Source: Selaginella moellendorffii
Taxonomy: Eukaryota; Plantae; Lycopodiophyta
DNA: 64,000 nucleotides
Reading direction: 5' to 3'
NCBI RefSeq assembly: GCF_000143415.4
Contig: NW_003314316.1
Span: 1,279,796-1,343,795 of the forward strand
Shown: positions 1-12,841 of the stretch, in pieces
Numbering within the stretch: the first letter of the stretch is position 1
Layout: each line of letters starts with the position of its first letter
The notes under the pieces: model-generated
What the model saw: only the letters and a program-made list of their open reading frames with translations
The model's database searches: none
What the model was told of the DNA's origin: nothing
Translations under genes and position numbers: made by a program

Positions 1-1428
<1,428 letters not shown>

Positions 1429-1477
1429 TGTTTATGGTGGCGTCAACTTTGTAGATCACTTGCCATCAATGAATGTT

Positions 1478-4400
1478 TTAGACTTTTACGATCTCCCATG
1501 ACGCGGCATATTCGGCTTCACGAGGGGGCACGAAAGGCTTCCACAAATCACGAACACTTCTCTCGCCACAGTGGGGGCATTCGTTAGCCACGATCTCGGC
1601 AATCTCTGCATTAGCCTTTCACGAAAACAACGCATTTCTTAGAAGAACTCAAGGAGAAGTGTCTTGACTCTCACCTGGTCCAAGGGATGGATTCCCGATT
1701 CCTCCTCCTCCGCAAGATAGTCTTTTTTCGAGTGTGGAGGCTTTTCCACTGCAAGCACTGACATTCGTTTCTTCAGCTCCAGTATCCGATCTCTCTGCCA
1801 TTCCAAAGTTGAAGCATTTTCAACAACGAAAAAAACAGGAGCATACCTCAGCCTTCTCGCCAGTTTTCAACATGTAGTTGATCAAGCATTCCGTGTGGAA
1901 ACAATGCTCGCAAGGGAACACGTAGAAGAGACTTGCCGGACCATGGAGGGGGTCATAAGCGAGTATCTTTCTCCGGCAATCCTGGTGACGCCAACACAGC
2001 TCGACTAACAGAGTTTATCAACAAGGAAGACAAACTTACAGCGCATTCTTCGTCTGGCGTTGTAACTGCGGATCGTTGGGAAAGATCATTGATGTCTTTT
2101 CTCAGTTTCTCGGCATTGAGAGTGTCGTCGTTCATTTCTAGTTTCAGTTCTTCGATGCGAGCGTTGTACTCTTGCAGAGACGCGTATATTGCTTCCTGAA
2201 GTGATGCAAAAGGTCATTAAGTCGTTACTGAGAAACAAAAAGAGATTGCCAGACCTGAAAATCGTTGATGAGGGTGAATTCTGGAAAGAATGGAAGGATG
2301 TCTTCGATTTTGAGCAGGCCTTGCGTTTCATTCACGAATGCCACGGCCTTCTTGATGTTTTCTCTCTTGGTTCCTTTCTCCTCCTTTATCACGTGCTTTG
2401 CAATGCAGAGCCATAGTTTCTTTCGAAGCTCTTCGTCCCCTTCAACTTTATCGGCCTCCATCTTTGCCAGGTCCACATCAACCTATATCAAAAGGATGGC
2501 ATCCAGTAAAACAACAATGTAAACGAACCTTCAAAGAAAGAGAAACTGCCTCTTCGTGCAACCCCATCATACTGTAAAGAAAGACACAGGCCTCCGTTTG
2601 CTTTTCGTCCAGACACACTCGCAACGCGTAGTTCGGGTCGTAAAAAACATCTGGTTTCCCAGGCTGTTCTCTACCATATTTCACTTGCAAGAATTTGAGA
2701 AGCTCTTTTTCGTCTCCCTAAAGTGATGATAAAAAAGAAAATTGAGGAAAAGGCAGAGAAACTAGGTACCTGTTTCACAAGAAGTGATACTAGAAGATTG
2801 TGTATGGTTGTGTCTTCGTTTTTCAGTCGCTGCACACAAAACTCCAAGTACTTGATTGCCTGGTGAGCCTCTTCCCTGCACGAGTAAGAGAATCAGAAAA
2901 GGCATACAAGGATAGCACATACCTTGGCCGGGAAATACTAGAATATCGCATCAAAGCAGGAATCAAGTTTTGAGGATTGAGCCCTTCGCACGACATCCAA
3001 AACTCAACGGTCTCATTAGCGTCGAGCATTATCAACGCTGGTGCAAATTTATACTGTCGGGAACAGACACAGAATTAGCACAAGGAAAAACTAAAAAGAA
3101 AGTATAGTACCTGAAGTTCGAGAGGTACGTTCTCTCTTCTCAGCACGGCCAGTGCCTTCTTGGCGTTTCGTTGCTGGTAAACAGCACGAGAATTCAGTTA
3201 ATAACACTTAATAAACAAATTAACCTGAATGTGATGGTTCACAACAGTCTCGTAACGATTTTTGAGACTTGCGAAGAATACAAGTTCTTCATGTCTTCCA
3301 TAGCTGAAACAGGGACAACAAGTTAAAAGCTTTAAAGTTACAACCTACACAAACCTTGTAAGAAGCTTCAATGTGGTAGCCTCGTCCAGGGTATCCTTAG
3401 AATCACTCAAAAAAGCCTTGAACTCCTCCACAACTCCAGCATACTGCGACTGCGTTTCGTCGTTGTGTAGCAATAGCTGATTCATCTGTTATCGGGAAGA
3501 CAAAAAAATTACAGACTATATATCTGCATTCATGCTTGAAGTACCTTATCCAGATACAATTCCACAACCCACGTCGCCACCATTGTAATTTGTGATCGTT
3601 CATCTCTTCCGAGGCTGTCTAATTTCCGGAGGAGATAAGTGCGCAAAGCATCCTATAGTAACATACACGTCAGTGTTCAGCTCAAATAAATGTTTTGCGG
3701 GTTCTTTACCTGTTCGTTTATTTTCAAAAACTTCAACGCAATTTCTTCGAACGTTATGACACCAGTAATCTGAAAGTTCTCTATTAGATAGGAAGAGCTC
3801 ATGAAGAAAGGTCACCTTTGCGTAGAAGGAAGCTGCAATCATGTACTTCTTCGCCTCAAAAGCAGCATCTGCCTACACATAGAGCTGTGAATTTATTTAC
3901 AAAGGAGAAAAACGCAGATAATACCTGTGCTCTGTAAACTTCATCTTTCTGAAAGATGTTCCGGCAATGCTCAAGTGCGGCAGCATACTCCTTCATACCA
4001 AGGTAGACTCGCCACATATCACGGTCCTCGTCGTGTACAGTTATCTAGAACCAAAGAGAACTAAGAAACCAAACCTCAAACTTTCTTACCTCGAAAATAG
4101 ATGTGTTACTGTAAGCGTAATACGCCCCAGCAGCATAGTCTGCACAGAGTCCGAGCATGTTTGGCGCGGTCATATCGAACACAGAATCCTCTTCTACAAG
4201 CTTCTGACTGGTCCGATTCACTACCTGGGACCGTCAAAACATCTCAAGATCTCCATATGATACGATTCAATAGGAAGTTACCTTCAGTTTCCCTCCATAA
4301 AGAAGGAGAAAATGGTGCTGTGTCAATGAAAGCGCCTCAGGTCGTGTGCTACTGCCATCCTCATTGATCTTTGAGTACTCCAGAAGCCATTTGCTTCCCA

Positions 4401-5673
4401 CGATACTGTCCTCGCTGCTCGAGATGGTCATAGATCAGTCTCTTATGAACAGTCAGAGCATAAAAATTTAGCACCTTACTTGGGTGGTGATATGAAGCTC
4501 ACCGTGATATATACCTGGTCCAGCCAGCCAAGCGAACGACTCCGCGTAGCGTTTTCCATAAAAGTGTATCTCACTGTGCATGAAAGTTAGGAACAGATAC
4601 AGGAGTATATAAAACCCACCTCTTTTGAAACTCGCCGGGAAGTTCTGTGAACTTGACAACACGGCCTGCATACGAAGAAAACAGGCTCTGCGAGCACAGC
4701 ATGAAAATGTTATAAAGTTCTCACAAACAACACAAAATGAACATACCTCTAGCGAGCCCGTACCAACGAAGACGTAAAGCTTTGTCGGAGTCACAGCCAT
4801 GATGAAGTACCGCGTAGTAGTGCTGCTGCTTATATTCTCGATCTAGAGTCAAGTTTCGTCAGCCAAAGAAGAAACAATGCCGCAAAACATACCTGCAAGC
4901 CCGTAAACGCCTCCTTGAGCTCCGTAAGTTCAAACAAAACTTTCACGTATTTCTCCTTCTTGTCCTTCTCCTCTACGAGCATTTCATAGATCTGTCCACT
5001 TGCGGTTGCAAGCACAATCTCTCCCGATGAATCTGCATTGTCATGAAATCGACTTCCTTAGCAGCACAAGCAGGCAGCGGAAAATCTTCACTACTTACAG
5101 TCGCTTAGCTGGGACTTGTTCCAGCAAACAGCATTGACGAGCACGCCTTTGAGCCGAGAAACAGCGCGAACTTTCTTCCATTTCGCATGGATGTAAAAGG
5201 TCTCGGCACCACTGCTGCTCCGGAGATTTGCTAGACAGTGCCTTCCACTGGGATCCAGGAAAACCTTACAAACGTATTGGTCGGCTCCGCGGCTCAACTC
5301 CAACTCTATCCGATCACGGGAAAAAAGCTCACAGTTTTCAGAAGAAACAAAGAAAGCGAGCGTGAATTTTCCTTGATTTTTTGGGAGACTCACCTAAGTT
5401 ATCCCCGCCTCCAAAATCGTGACGAACAATCCAGCCGCTGCTAGTACCGACGAGCAGGACATTGTTTCCAGCGGCTACTGAGGTGACAAGCCCGTGACCT
5501 TTGGCGGCGTTTTGCTCCAGCACATCCAAGCTGAAGATCTTGATCTCTGGCCTCGACAGTGAAATCGCCTGGAAATCCTGCGAGGAATTGGATCAGCGAT
5601 CGACGATTCAGCTCAATCTCACCTCGTTGAGCCCCGATTGAGCGGGCGAAGACGACGTCCATTCATCCAGCAT
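1478..5673 (-). CDS. VPS18: Vacuolar protein sorting 18 (HOPS/CORVET core subunit), multi-exon, apparently complete
   Basis: Exon peptides FSLDVLEQNAAKGHGLVTSVAAGNNVLLVGTSSGWIVRHDF, KVFLDPSGRHC, AETFYIHAKWKKVRAVSRLKGVLVNAVCWN, MAVTPTKLY, FAWLAGPGIYHG, FYDPNYALRVCL and LRKKLWLCIAKHVI...LLKIEDILPFFPEF. RING-type C-terminus (FYVFPCEHCFHTECL...ECPHCGE). Probable ATG at 5673 (MLDEWTSS..., followed by a short intron). Stop TAA at 1478-1480. Confidence 0.95.
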
Positions 5674-5681
5674 TGCTGCCT

Positions 5682-5690
5682 AAACCCTAA
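5682..5690. promoter_or_regulatory. Telo-box (AAACCCTAA) just upstream of the VPS18 start
   Basis: Exact AAACCCTAA 9 nt from the predicted ATG. It is retained in the duplicated copy (~12849) and the relic (~51137). Confidence 0.5.
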
Positions 5691-6599
5691 TCTCGCCCAG
5701 GTGTAAGAATTATGAACCTAATGTAAAAAGGTAAAGTAGATTTCGTTTGACCATAAGCATCTTTTACAACTTAGATGTACAAATTGGGTTTTACTAAATC
5801 TGCTCTCGCTTCAAATTTAAGAGTTTGTTTTTAGGATAAGTTTGAAAACTAATTAAATATAAATTGGTGCTAGATTATAAATTTAGATGTGATCATTATG
5901 TTTAAGATAATTCTTATATTCTGTATAATTGGCAAATTTAGACACTTTTCATAAATAGCTAATAAGTTTAAAATTTGACCAAATGGGAAACTACAACAAA
6001 AGTGTCTTGATAAATATAATAAACTATTACATAATAAATAATGAAAGGTTAAGCTCAATATGAAAATGGTTTTTAACACTAATTTAACAATATACCATAT
6101 CAAATATATTTTGTTAGATGACAATTTACAACTTCATTCTTTAGTGCCCTTCTAGATTATGTACCACTGACTAGTCTCTCAACTAGTTTGAATGGAAACT
6201 CTAGCAATACCAATTTCCTACTATCATGTTAGTAAAAAAAATTTATCTAAAAAGATTAATAGATAAATTTTGATACCCACAATACCCATTTGTTTTGTGA
6301 CAATAACATATCTCAAATAACTTTTTATATGGCTCAATTTGATGTTAATTGTGTTAACTCTCTCCACCTTGTGCAAACAATTGTCCTTTAGGAAAATCTT
6401 TTTATTTCCTAGAACAAATCTCCTCCCCCTACCTTATATGAAAGCATGTTCTAGGCTTTCACCCCAGTTGTAAGAGTTTGTCTCATTAAATATAGAATGA
6501 TGTTAGATTATGAATTTAGATGTAAGAATAATACTATTGTGTTCAAGACAATTTTTAAATCTGTAAATATGCCCAATTAACAAATTTAAACACCTTTTA

Positions 6600-7900
6600 T
6601 AAATAACCAATAGGACCAAACAGGACCAAACATAGAAAATGATAACCAAGACTTAAGTTCGCCTTAGAATTTTTTATGCAAAGCCAATACCATAGCACCT
6701 CATTCATGCCAAGGAGAACACCATATGAGGTTTGGTATGGCATTAAACTGGATGTGAGTCTTTGCAAGTAGTGTTCAGGAAACACAAGGATAAGTTTAAA
6801 AAGTTTCTCTAACTGAAGTCAACAAAGGACAATTAGGCCACATGTAATATTGCACAATAGAGCTGGAGGATGGTGACAATCAAGGGAATTTAGCAGGACA
6901 ACAAGGGTGATGCATCAAGTGGGGATGGTGTTGGAGACAACAGAAATAGTGGATCCAGTTGGTCCCAAGATGGCAAATCCATTGGTTGCAAGGAGGAAAG
7001 TCATAAGAATGAAGTTCCCAGAAAGCATCAAGGGTATGATCCCAAGCATAGAGGCAGAAAAGGTAGTGATAGATAGGATTCCATACACATAGATGGTGGG
7101 TGGACTAGTCTACTTCATAGGGAGTATTCTTGGCAAATCCTGACTTTCCATATCAAACTGGTGTTATGTCCTTGAAGGGAATAGCAAATTCTGTTTTGTG
7201 TTACACAAGACAAGCAATTTCAGCTCAAGCTGCTAGGATACTCAAATGTGGATTGAGTAGGAGAAGTTGATAAGCAACTTCTAGCTACGTCTTCAATGCA
7301 ATAGTTATATGGGGTAGCCTAGGGATGACACAAGCAATCAAGGAGATCCTCTGACTCAAAACTTTGCTCCATAGCTTGAGCTACAAGCAGGGAGAGGCAA
7401 CTCTCCCTAATTATGGCAATCGAGGAACCATTGTGTTGCCTAAGAGTTCATGGATTCATAGCAAGACAAAGTAATCCAGCAAAAATGGTGGACATATTCA
7501 TGAAGCAATATTTGCACAACACACACAAGCTCTTGGGGTGCAGACAGCTTAGCTTAAGTGGGAATATTAAGGGAATGTTCCAACTTCCCTCAAGACCAAG
7601 TTGACTCTGGCACTGTCTCAAGAGCTCTGTGCGGGAGGGATCTTGGGGATAAGCTGCTCGTCCATGGCTTTGAAAGATGCCCTGTTGAGCTTGGGGAAAC
7701 TCTAACAGTGAGATAGTCACTGCAGCCCTTGTGATGGCTTGTGAATCAAAAGATGCTAGACTTTTGATGATCTTGCATGACAGGTTAGTGTCCAAGACCT
7801 TAGAGTCTTACAATTTGGGCAAACACTCCAGATTTCATAAGACCCATGTTGTATATCCAAGGTGAGGGCTATGTAGACCAGCAACAGAAGAAGCAGTGAA
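6600..7900 (+). mobile_element. Old, degenerate Ty1/Copia remnant (post-integrase, RT and RNaseH traces, PPT-like site)
   Basis: Decayed peptides TPYEVWYGIKLDVS and RIPYT*MVGGLVY. The duplicate copy also shows CDNQGTIVL. Many stops. 'agtgggaat' PPT-like sequence at ~7557. Confidence 0.55.
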
Positions 7901-9163
7901 CATCTTCTTGAGATATTTTATTTGCTAGATTTAAGCATTATTAATTGAGAATAAATAAGAAATCTACTTTTCTTTTGCTAATCAGGAGCAAAACACTACA
8001 CTCGCACATGCAAAAAGTTTGGCATCATGAAAGACTAGAGAATGAATCAGCACTCACCTCTTAGACAGCCAAGAAAAAAGCTTAATCCAATATATCTTTG
8101 GAAAGGATAAAAATTACATGTTTCATTTTTGAAACCAAAGCCAAGATTCTGGAATGCTTGTTGGCTCTGCTAGGTACTATTAGGTTTTTATTGACAAAAT
8201 AAAATAATTTGTTATGCGTTGCATGTAGCAATATCTGGTTTGCTTAATAGTAGTGTTATTTCTACTTATTAATCCAATTGATCAAATAAAACTTTATAAT
8301 TATAAATATGTTTATAATTTTTAAACACAAGATTAACCATTAGAATAAAAAATAATATATTAGAAAGTGTTTATGAAAATTTATTTATTATAAAAATGTT
8401 TATAAATTATAAATACAAAATTAATCTAAATGAATAATAATCATTGGCAAAATATCCTAGAATATCCAAACATATTTATGTATATTCACTACCACCCTAT
8501 ACAGCTTAAGCAAACCAAAAAAAGAAGAGACACAACTAACAGCCATGGTGATAGAGCCTGTTGGAGAAGCAATCCACAGATCCAATAATCTGATTGCTCA
8601 GCTGATCAAACCAGGAGGTAAATACTGTGTATGTATCTGCTGTTTTAAATCTTTGTGACACTCTGCCAAATCTAGAGACATACATATACCTCAGCCTGCG
8701 TGCGTGTGAGGGAGGGGGGGAAATATATATATATATATTTCCTCTAGACCCTTAACTCAGATAAACATTGACTGATTGTTGCTTGGACGACAATTATTAG
8801 TTGGGAAACCGTACAATCCTTATTTCAAGGTATGTATGTGTCTTCAGATACAAAAACGAAGAGCCTTTATATTTTCCAAAGGTCTACCGGATTCAATTCA
8901 TTGCTTGGTCCGACTGCACTCGCGTCCTGTTTCTCCAGGATGACAAGAACGGGATAACTGGAGGTGAGTACTGTCATCAAGGGCCTGAAACATACACGAG
9001 TTTTCTTGTCTGATTAAAGTATAATTCCCAGACAAAAAACATTATGCCTTAGGACTTAGAATTATTCAAAAAGAAAAGTCCACGGTAGACTTTTCCCACG
9101 CTATACCTTTCCAAGATCACGAGCAAAGCAATGGTGCGGTGCTGGTAGTGATCACCAACGGGC

Positions 9164-11377
9164 ATGGCAGCAGCGACTTTGCTCGAGGCGATTCGAATCG
9201 CGGACAAGGTTGGCACAATATCCACTTCGAGCAAGGTCTGTAGAAACCAATGTAGGATCCTCATCGCGGCAGTCGGCTATGTCCGAGACTACCTCAGGCA
9301 AATCCAGGATCTCAACTTCGCGAGCAACGAGCCAGCCTTCGTGTGGGACGAAACCGTGGTTGTCCTTAAGAGAGGCATCCATCTCCTCAAGTCGTGCCAA
9401 GAAGGCAATTGGATTGCCCGGAGCCTGCTGTTCAAGGAAAGCTGCGATGAGTTCCAGAGCATTTATCCCGAGATCTTCAACTGCGTCGAGCTCGTCAGCG
9501 TCTATCTCTTTCAGCTGGCAGCGTCCACCTCGCACAGATCCAGGATTTCCCAGGCTTACAACTCGTGCCTCATGAGGCAGAACTCGAGCAGCATACTGGA
9601 AGAAGCCGGAAGGAACGATCAGAAGGAGCTCATGACTCTCGCAATGAGCCAAGAGCCGGGAAGCCTGACGACCGAGAGCGAACGAGCCAAAGAGATACTC
9701 TGCTCCATGCTCCTGGGAAACAAGTCAGTGATTAACCACAAAGAACTCAAGCTGACAACACACCTGGGACAAGGAGGTTTCGGAACCGTGTACGAAGCAA
9801 TCTGGCTCGGTCACAAGTTTGCAGTGAAAGTCTTCCCTCAAGGTGACAAGAGCTTCGCCAAAGAGCTCGCGGTTCTTCAAGCGGACAAGCATCCCAACGT
9901 GTTGCACATCGCCAGCCAGTCTTTCGATGAAGAGAAGCAGCGGTACTCGCTGGTGATGGAGAAGATGGACATGGACCTGGAAAACTACGTCCTCAAGAAG
10001 AAGAAGTCTCTCCCGTTGCTGTCGATCATGGCAGTGATGCTCCAAGTTGCTACTGGCATGGCGTGGCTTCACTCGAAGAATATAATCCACCGGGACCTCA
10101 AGCCGCAGAACATCTTGGTTGGCGAAGAAGACAACGATCTCGTGAGTATCAGGATTGCCGACTTTGGAGTCTCGAGGCCAAACTTCATCTCCTCCCAGAT
10201 CGAAGCCGTTAGCATCCAAGGCACCAGGAACTTCATGGCACCGGAAGTGTGTAGCGGCGAGCGCTACACGAAAAAGGCCGACGTTTACAGCTACGGGATG
10301 TTGATTTACCAGCTTGTCACTGGAAACGTTCCGTTCGAGGACGGGATGGACATGGAGCAAGTCCTTCAAGGCGAGCGTCCTGAGATACCAGCCACCTGTC
10401 CGGAGTTCCTGTCGCAGCTCATGCGGGAATGCTGGAGCCACGATGCGAAAGAGAGGCCTTCCTTCTCGGATATCTGCGAGCGGCTGAGGCAGCTCAAGAC
10501 CAGGATCATCACTGGCATCGAGTCCATCGACGAGTTACGGGCCAAGTTGGTTGAAGTAGCCGGGTCGTCTTCTTCTTCTTCGTACTCGTCGTCTTCCTCA
10601 TCCTTGTCGCACAGCAGGACTCGAGTGAACCTGGATTCTTTTGTCCAAGCGACTGAAGGGCTTTGGACCAAAAATCCTCCATCTCCCCTTGTACAGGTAA
10701 ACTCTTTTGTTTTTAGTAACTTCCGGTGCTCATTGCGTTTAGTTTCAGCCGGTACCACACCGTCCTCAGCACGTCGCACCAGTAGCAAAACCGGATAACA
10801 GGACCGAGCTCTTCGAAGTGGTGAAGAACGGCCTCGTCAAAAACGCCTTCGAGAAAGCTCTGTCCCTGAACGATCCTTCCACGGTCTGGTGGCTTTGCAC
10901 CAAGGTAATCCATTCACGTCCTCCAGCTGCTCATCAAAGCTTTGTCAGCTCAGGTGGAGCATACCGTCCTGCTCGTCTTCAGTGAATCAATGCTCATGGA
11001 ACTGGCCGAGCAAATCAACACCAACTTCAAGGAAGACACTGCTCGCAGGTTGCTCTGGATCGACGAGATTGGCATCTTGCTGTTCAAGGACGTCAATGGA
11101 CAGGCATGGTCATCACCTCGGATGCTGAGGATCCTGGAGCAGCTTTCACAGAACCTCCACGGCATGATGGCTATAACACCGCCAAAGAGCGAGCTGGGGA
11201 TGAAGCTGGCGAACATGCTGGGCGGCACCAACGTGGGTCTCCAGGTTCGTATGAAGCTCTTCGTGTTATTCGTTTGATTCAAATCGTTTGTCGTCGCAGC
11301 GTATCCGCGTTGCAGTTGACAACAAAGTTCAACACATGGGACTCCTCGGAGGATACTTTCCAGCGGAACACCGGTAG
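9164..11377 (+). CDS. Kinase-fusion gene copy 1 (intact, ~685 aa): MLKL/HeLo-like N-terminal helical domain + TKL/Raf-like Ser/Thr kinase + Ser-rich linker + VARICOSE/EDC4 C-terminal-like domain. Exons 9164-10696, 10749-10904, 10954-11244, 11300-11377
   Basis: Kinase motifs LGQGGFGTVY, FAVK, IIHRDLKPQNILV, IADFG, GTRNFMAPE, KADVYSYG, W..D...RPSF. Three phase-0 GT-AG introns give a continuous frame (511+52+97+25 codons plus stop). Confidence 0.88.
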
Positions 11378-11529
11378 TTTCGGAGTATTTCGATGTTCTA
11401 ATTTCCTGCCTGCCAAAAGCATCAACCATGCTTCACGAAAGAACCATAAAGAACTTGCCAATTCCCGTTCTGAACTTTGAGTGAACGCCTATCATCGTTT
11501 CATCCTGCGACAAATATCCAAGAACAAAG

Positions 11530-12130
11530 CTCTCACCATTCTTGAGTAGACGGTGAAGATCCCAACCTTTTCGATCTAGCAGCAGCAGTAGCAAGCAGCC
11601 TTGGCAGCTTCCGCAGCAGCGTAGACACCAGTAATTCTCGTCGCCACAGCATCGAGGATCATTGCTCTCCGCTCAAAGAACGACTTTGCCACTTTCAGCT
11701 TCTCGGATCCCCATAGGCTTGTAGACGATCCCGGCAGCTAGCCGCTGCTTCATGACCTTGGCTGGACGAACGTAAGCATCGCCCAGCTTGGCCTTCAATC
11801 TCTTCAAGCGCTTTTGGGTACAGCAACCCACCTGAAAATCCGATCGTCCGCATGACCACCACCACCGCCTCCCGCTTTGTTGCGCTTGCCCGGATTCTTG
11901 GAGCCGGTGCTCTCGCCGTGCAAGGACGAGGAATTTGCTGGAGCCACACCAGCAAGCGCCTTGTCTTGCTCTTTGGTCCCTTCCTTCTCGGCGTGCTCGG
12001 ACCAGAGATCACGCGATCCAATCGGGCCATAGGTGCGAACAATGCTGAGTACATCGGCAGATCCTTGGGTCTCTTCTTGGCGTAGAGGAAGGGATTGGAG
12101 ATCGTGGATGTAGAGGCAAGAACACAAAAG
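11530..12130 (-). pseudogene. Antisense partner gene copy A (frameshifted), small basic protein
   Basis: Homologous to ORFs 30826-31305 and 47687-48379 (NPGKRNKAGGG, DRIFRWVAVP, LVWL). Frame changes relative to those copies. Confidence 0.6.
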
Positions 12131-12289
12131 GAACTAGAATCGAACTAGAATCGAGGCCATTTCTTATGGCTGATTAAAAGCCATTTCTTATGGCTGATTA
12201 AAGTATAATTCCCACAAAAGAAAAGTCCACGGTAGACTTTTCCCACGCTGCAAAGCAATGGAGCGGCGCTACTGGTGATCACCGACGAG

Positions 12290-12374
12290 CATGGCAGCAG
12301 CGACTTTGCTCGAGGCGATTCGAATCGCGGACAAGGTTGGCACAAGATCCACGAACACAAACTCGAGCAAGGTC
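12290..12374 (+). pseudogene. Truncated 5' fragment of the kinase-fusion gene (first ~28 codons)
   Basis: ATGGCAGCAGCGACTTTGCTCGAGG...CTCGAGCAAGGTC, matching the 48764 copy, then an abrupt switch to VPS18 sequence. Confidence 0.85.
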
Positions 12375-12841
12375 ACCACTGCTGCTCCGGAGATTTGCTA
12401 GACAGTGCCTTCCACTGGGATCCAGGAAAACCTTACAAACGTATTGATCGGCTCCGCGGCTCAACGCCAACTCTATCGGATCACGGGAGAAAAGCTCACA
12501 GTTTTCAGAAGAAACAAAGAAAGCGAGCGTGAATTTTTCTTTATTCTTTTGGAGACTCACCTGAGTTATCCCCGCCTCCAAATTCGTGATGAACAATCCA
12601 GCTGCTGCTAGTACTGACGAGCAGGACATTGTTTCCAGCGGCTACTGAGGTGACAAGCCCGTGACCTTTGGCGGCGTTTTGCTCCAGCACATCCAAGCTG
12701 AAGATCTTGCTCTCTGGCCTCGACAGTGAAATCGCCTGGAAATCCTGCGAGGAATTGGATCAGCGATCGACGATTCAGCTCAATCTCACCTCGTTGAGCC
12801 CCGATTGAGCGGGCGAAGACGACGTCCATTCATCCAGCATT
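12374..12841 (-). pseudogene. Duplicated 5' fragment of VPS18 (first exons only)
   Basis: Near-identical to 5207-5673, e.g. ACCACTGCTGCTCCGGAGATTTGC...CATTGCTGCCTAAACCCTAA. Confidence 0.9.

Noticed and set aside
5441-5662. ORF MDVVFARS... as the VPS18 N-terminus
   Set aside because: Wrong frame. ATG 5673 plus a short intron gives the frame continuous with FSLDVLEQ.
9152-10788. Long antisense and alternative-frame ORFs over the kinase copies (e.g. 9725-10441, 29225-29746, 45879-46598, 49334-50041, 57593-58306)
   Set aside because: Shadow ORFs caused by GC-rich codon bias. They recur only because the kinase is duplicated.
10697-10798. ORF-track C-termini of the kinases (VNSFVFSNF...)
   Set aside because: Read-through into intron 1 (GTAAACTC...TTTCAG), which is conserved in all copies.
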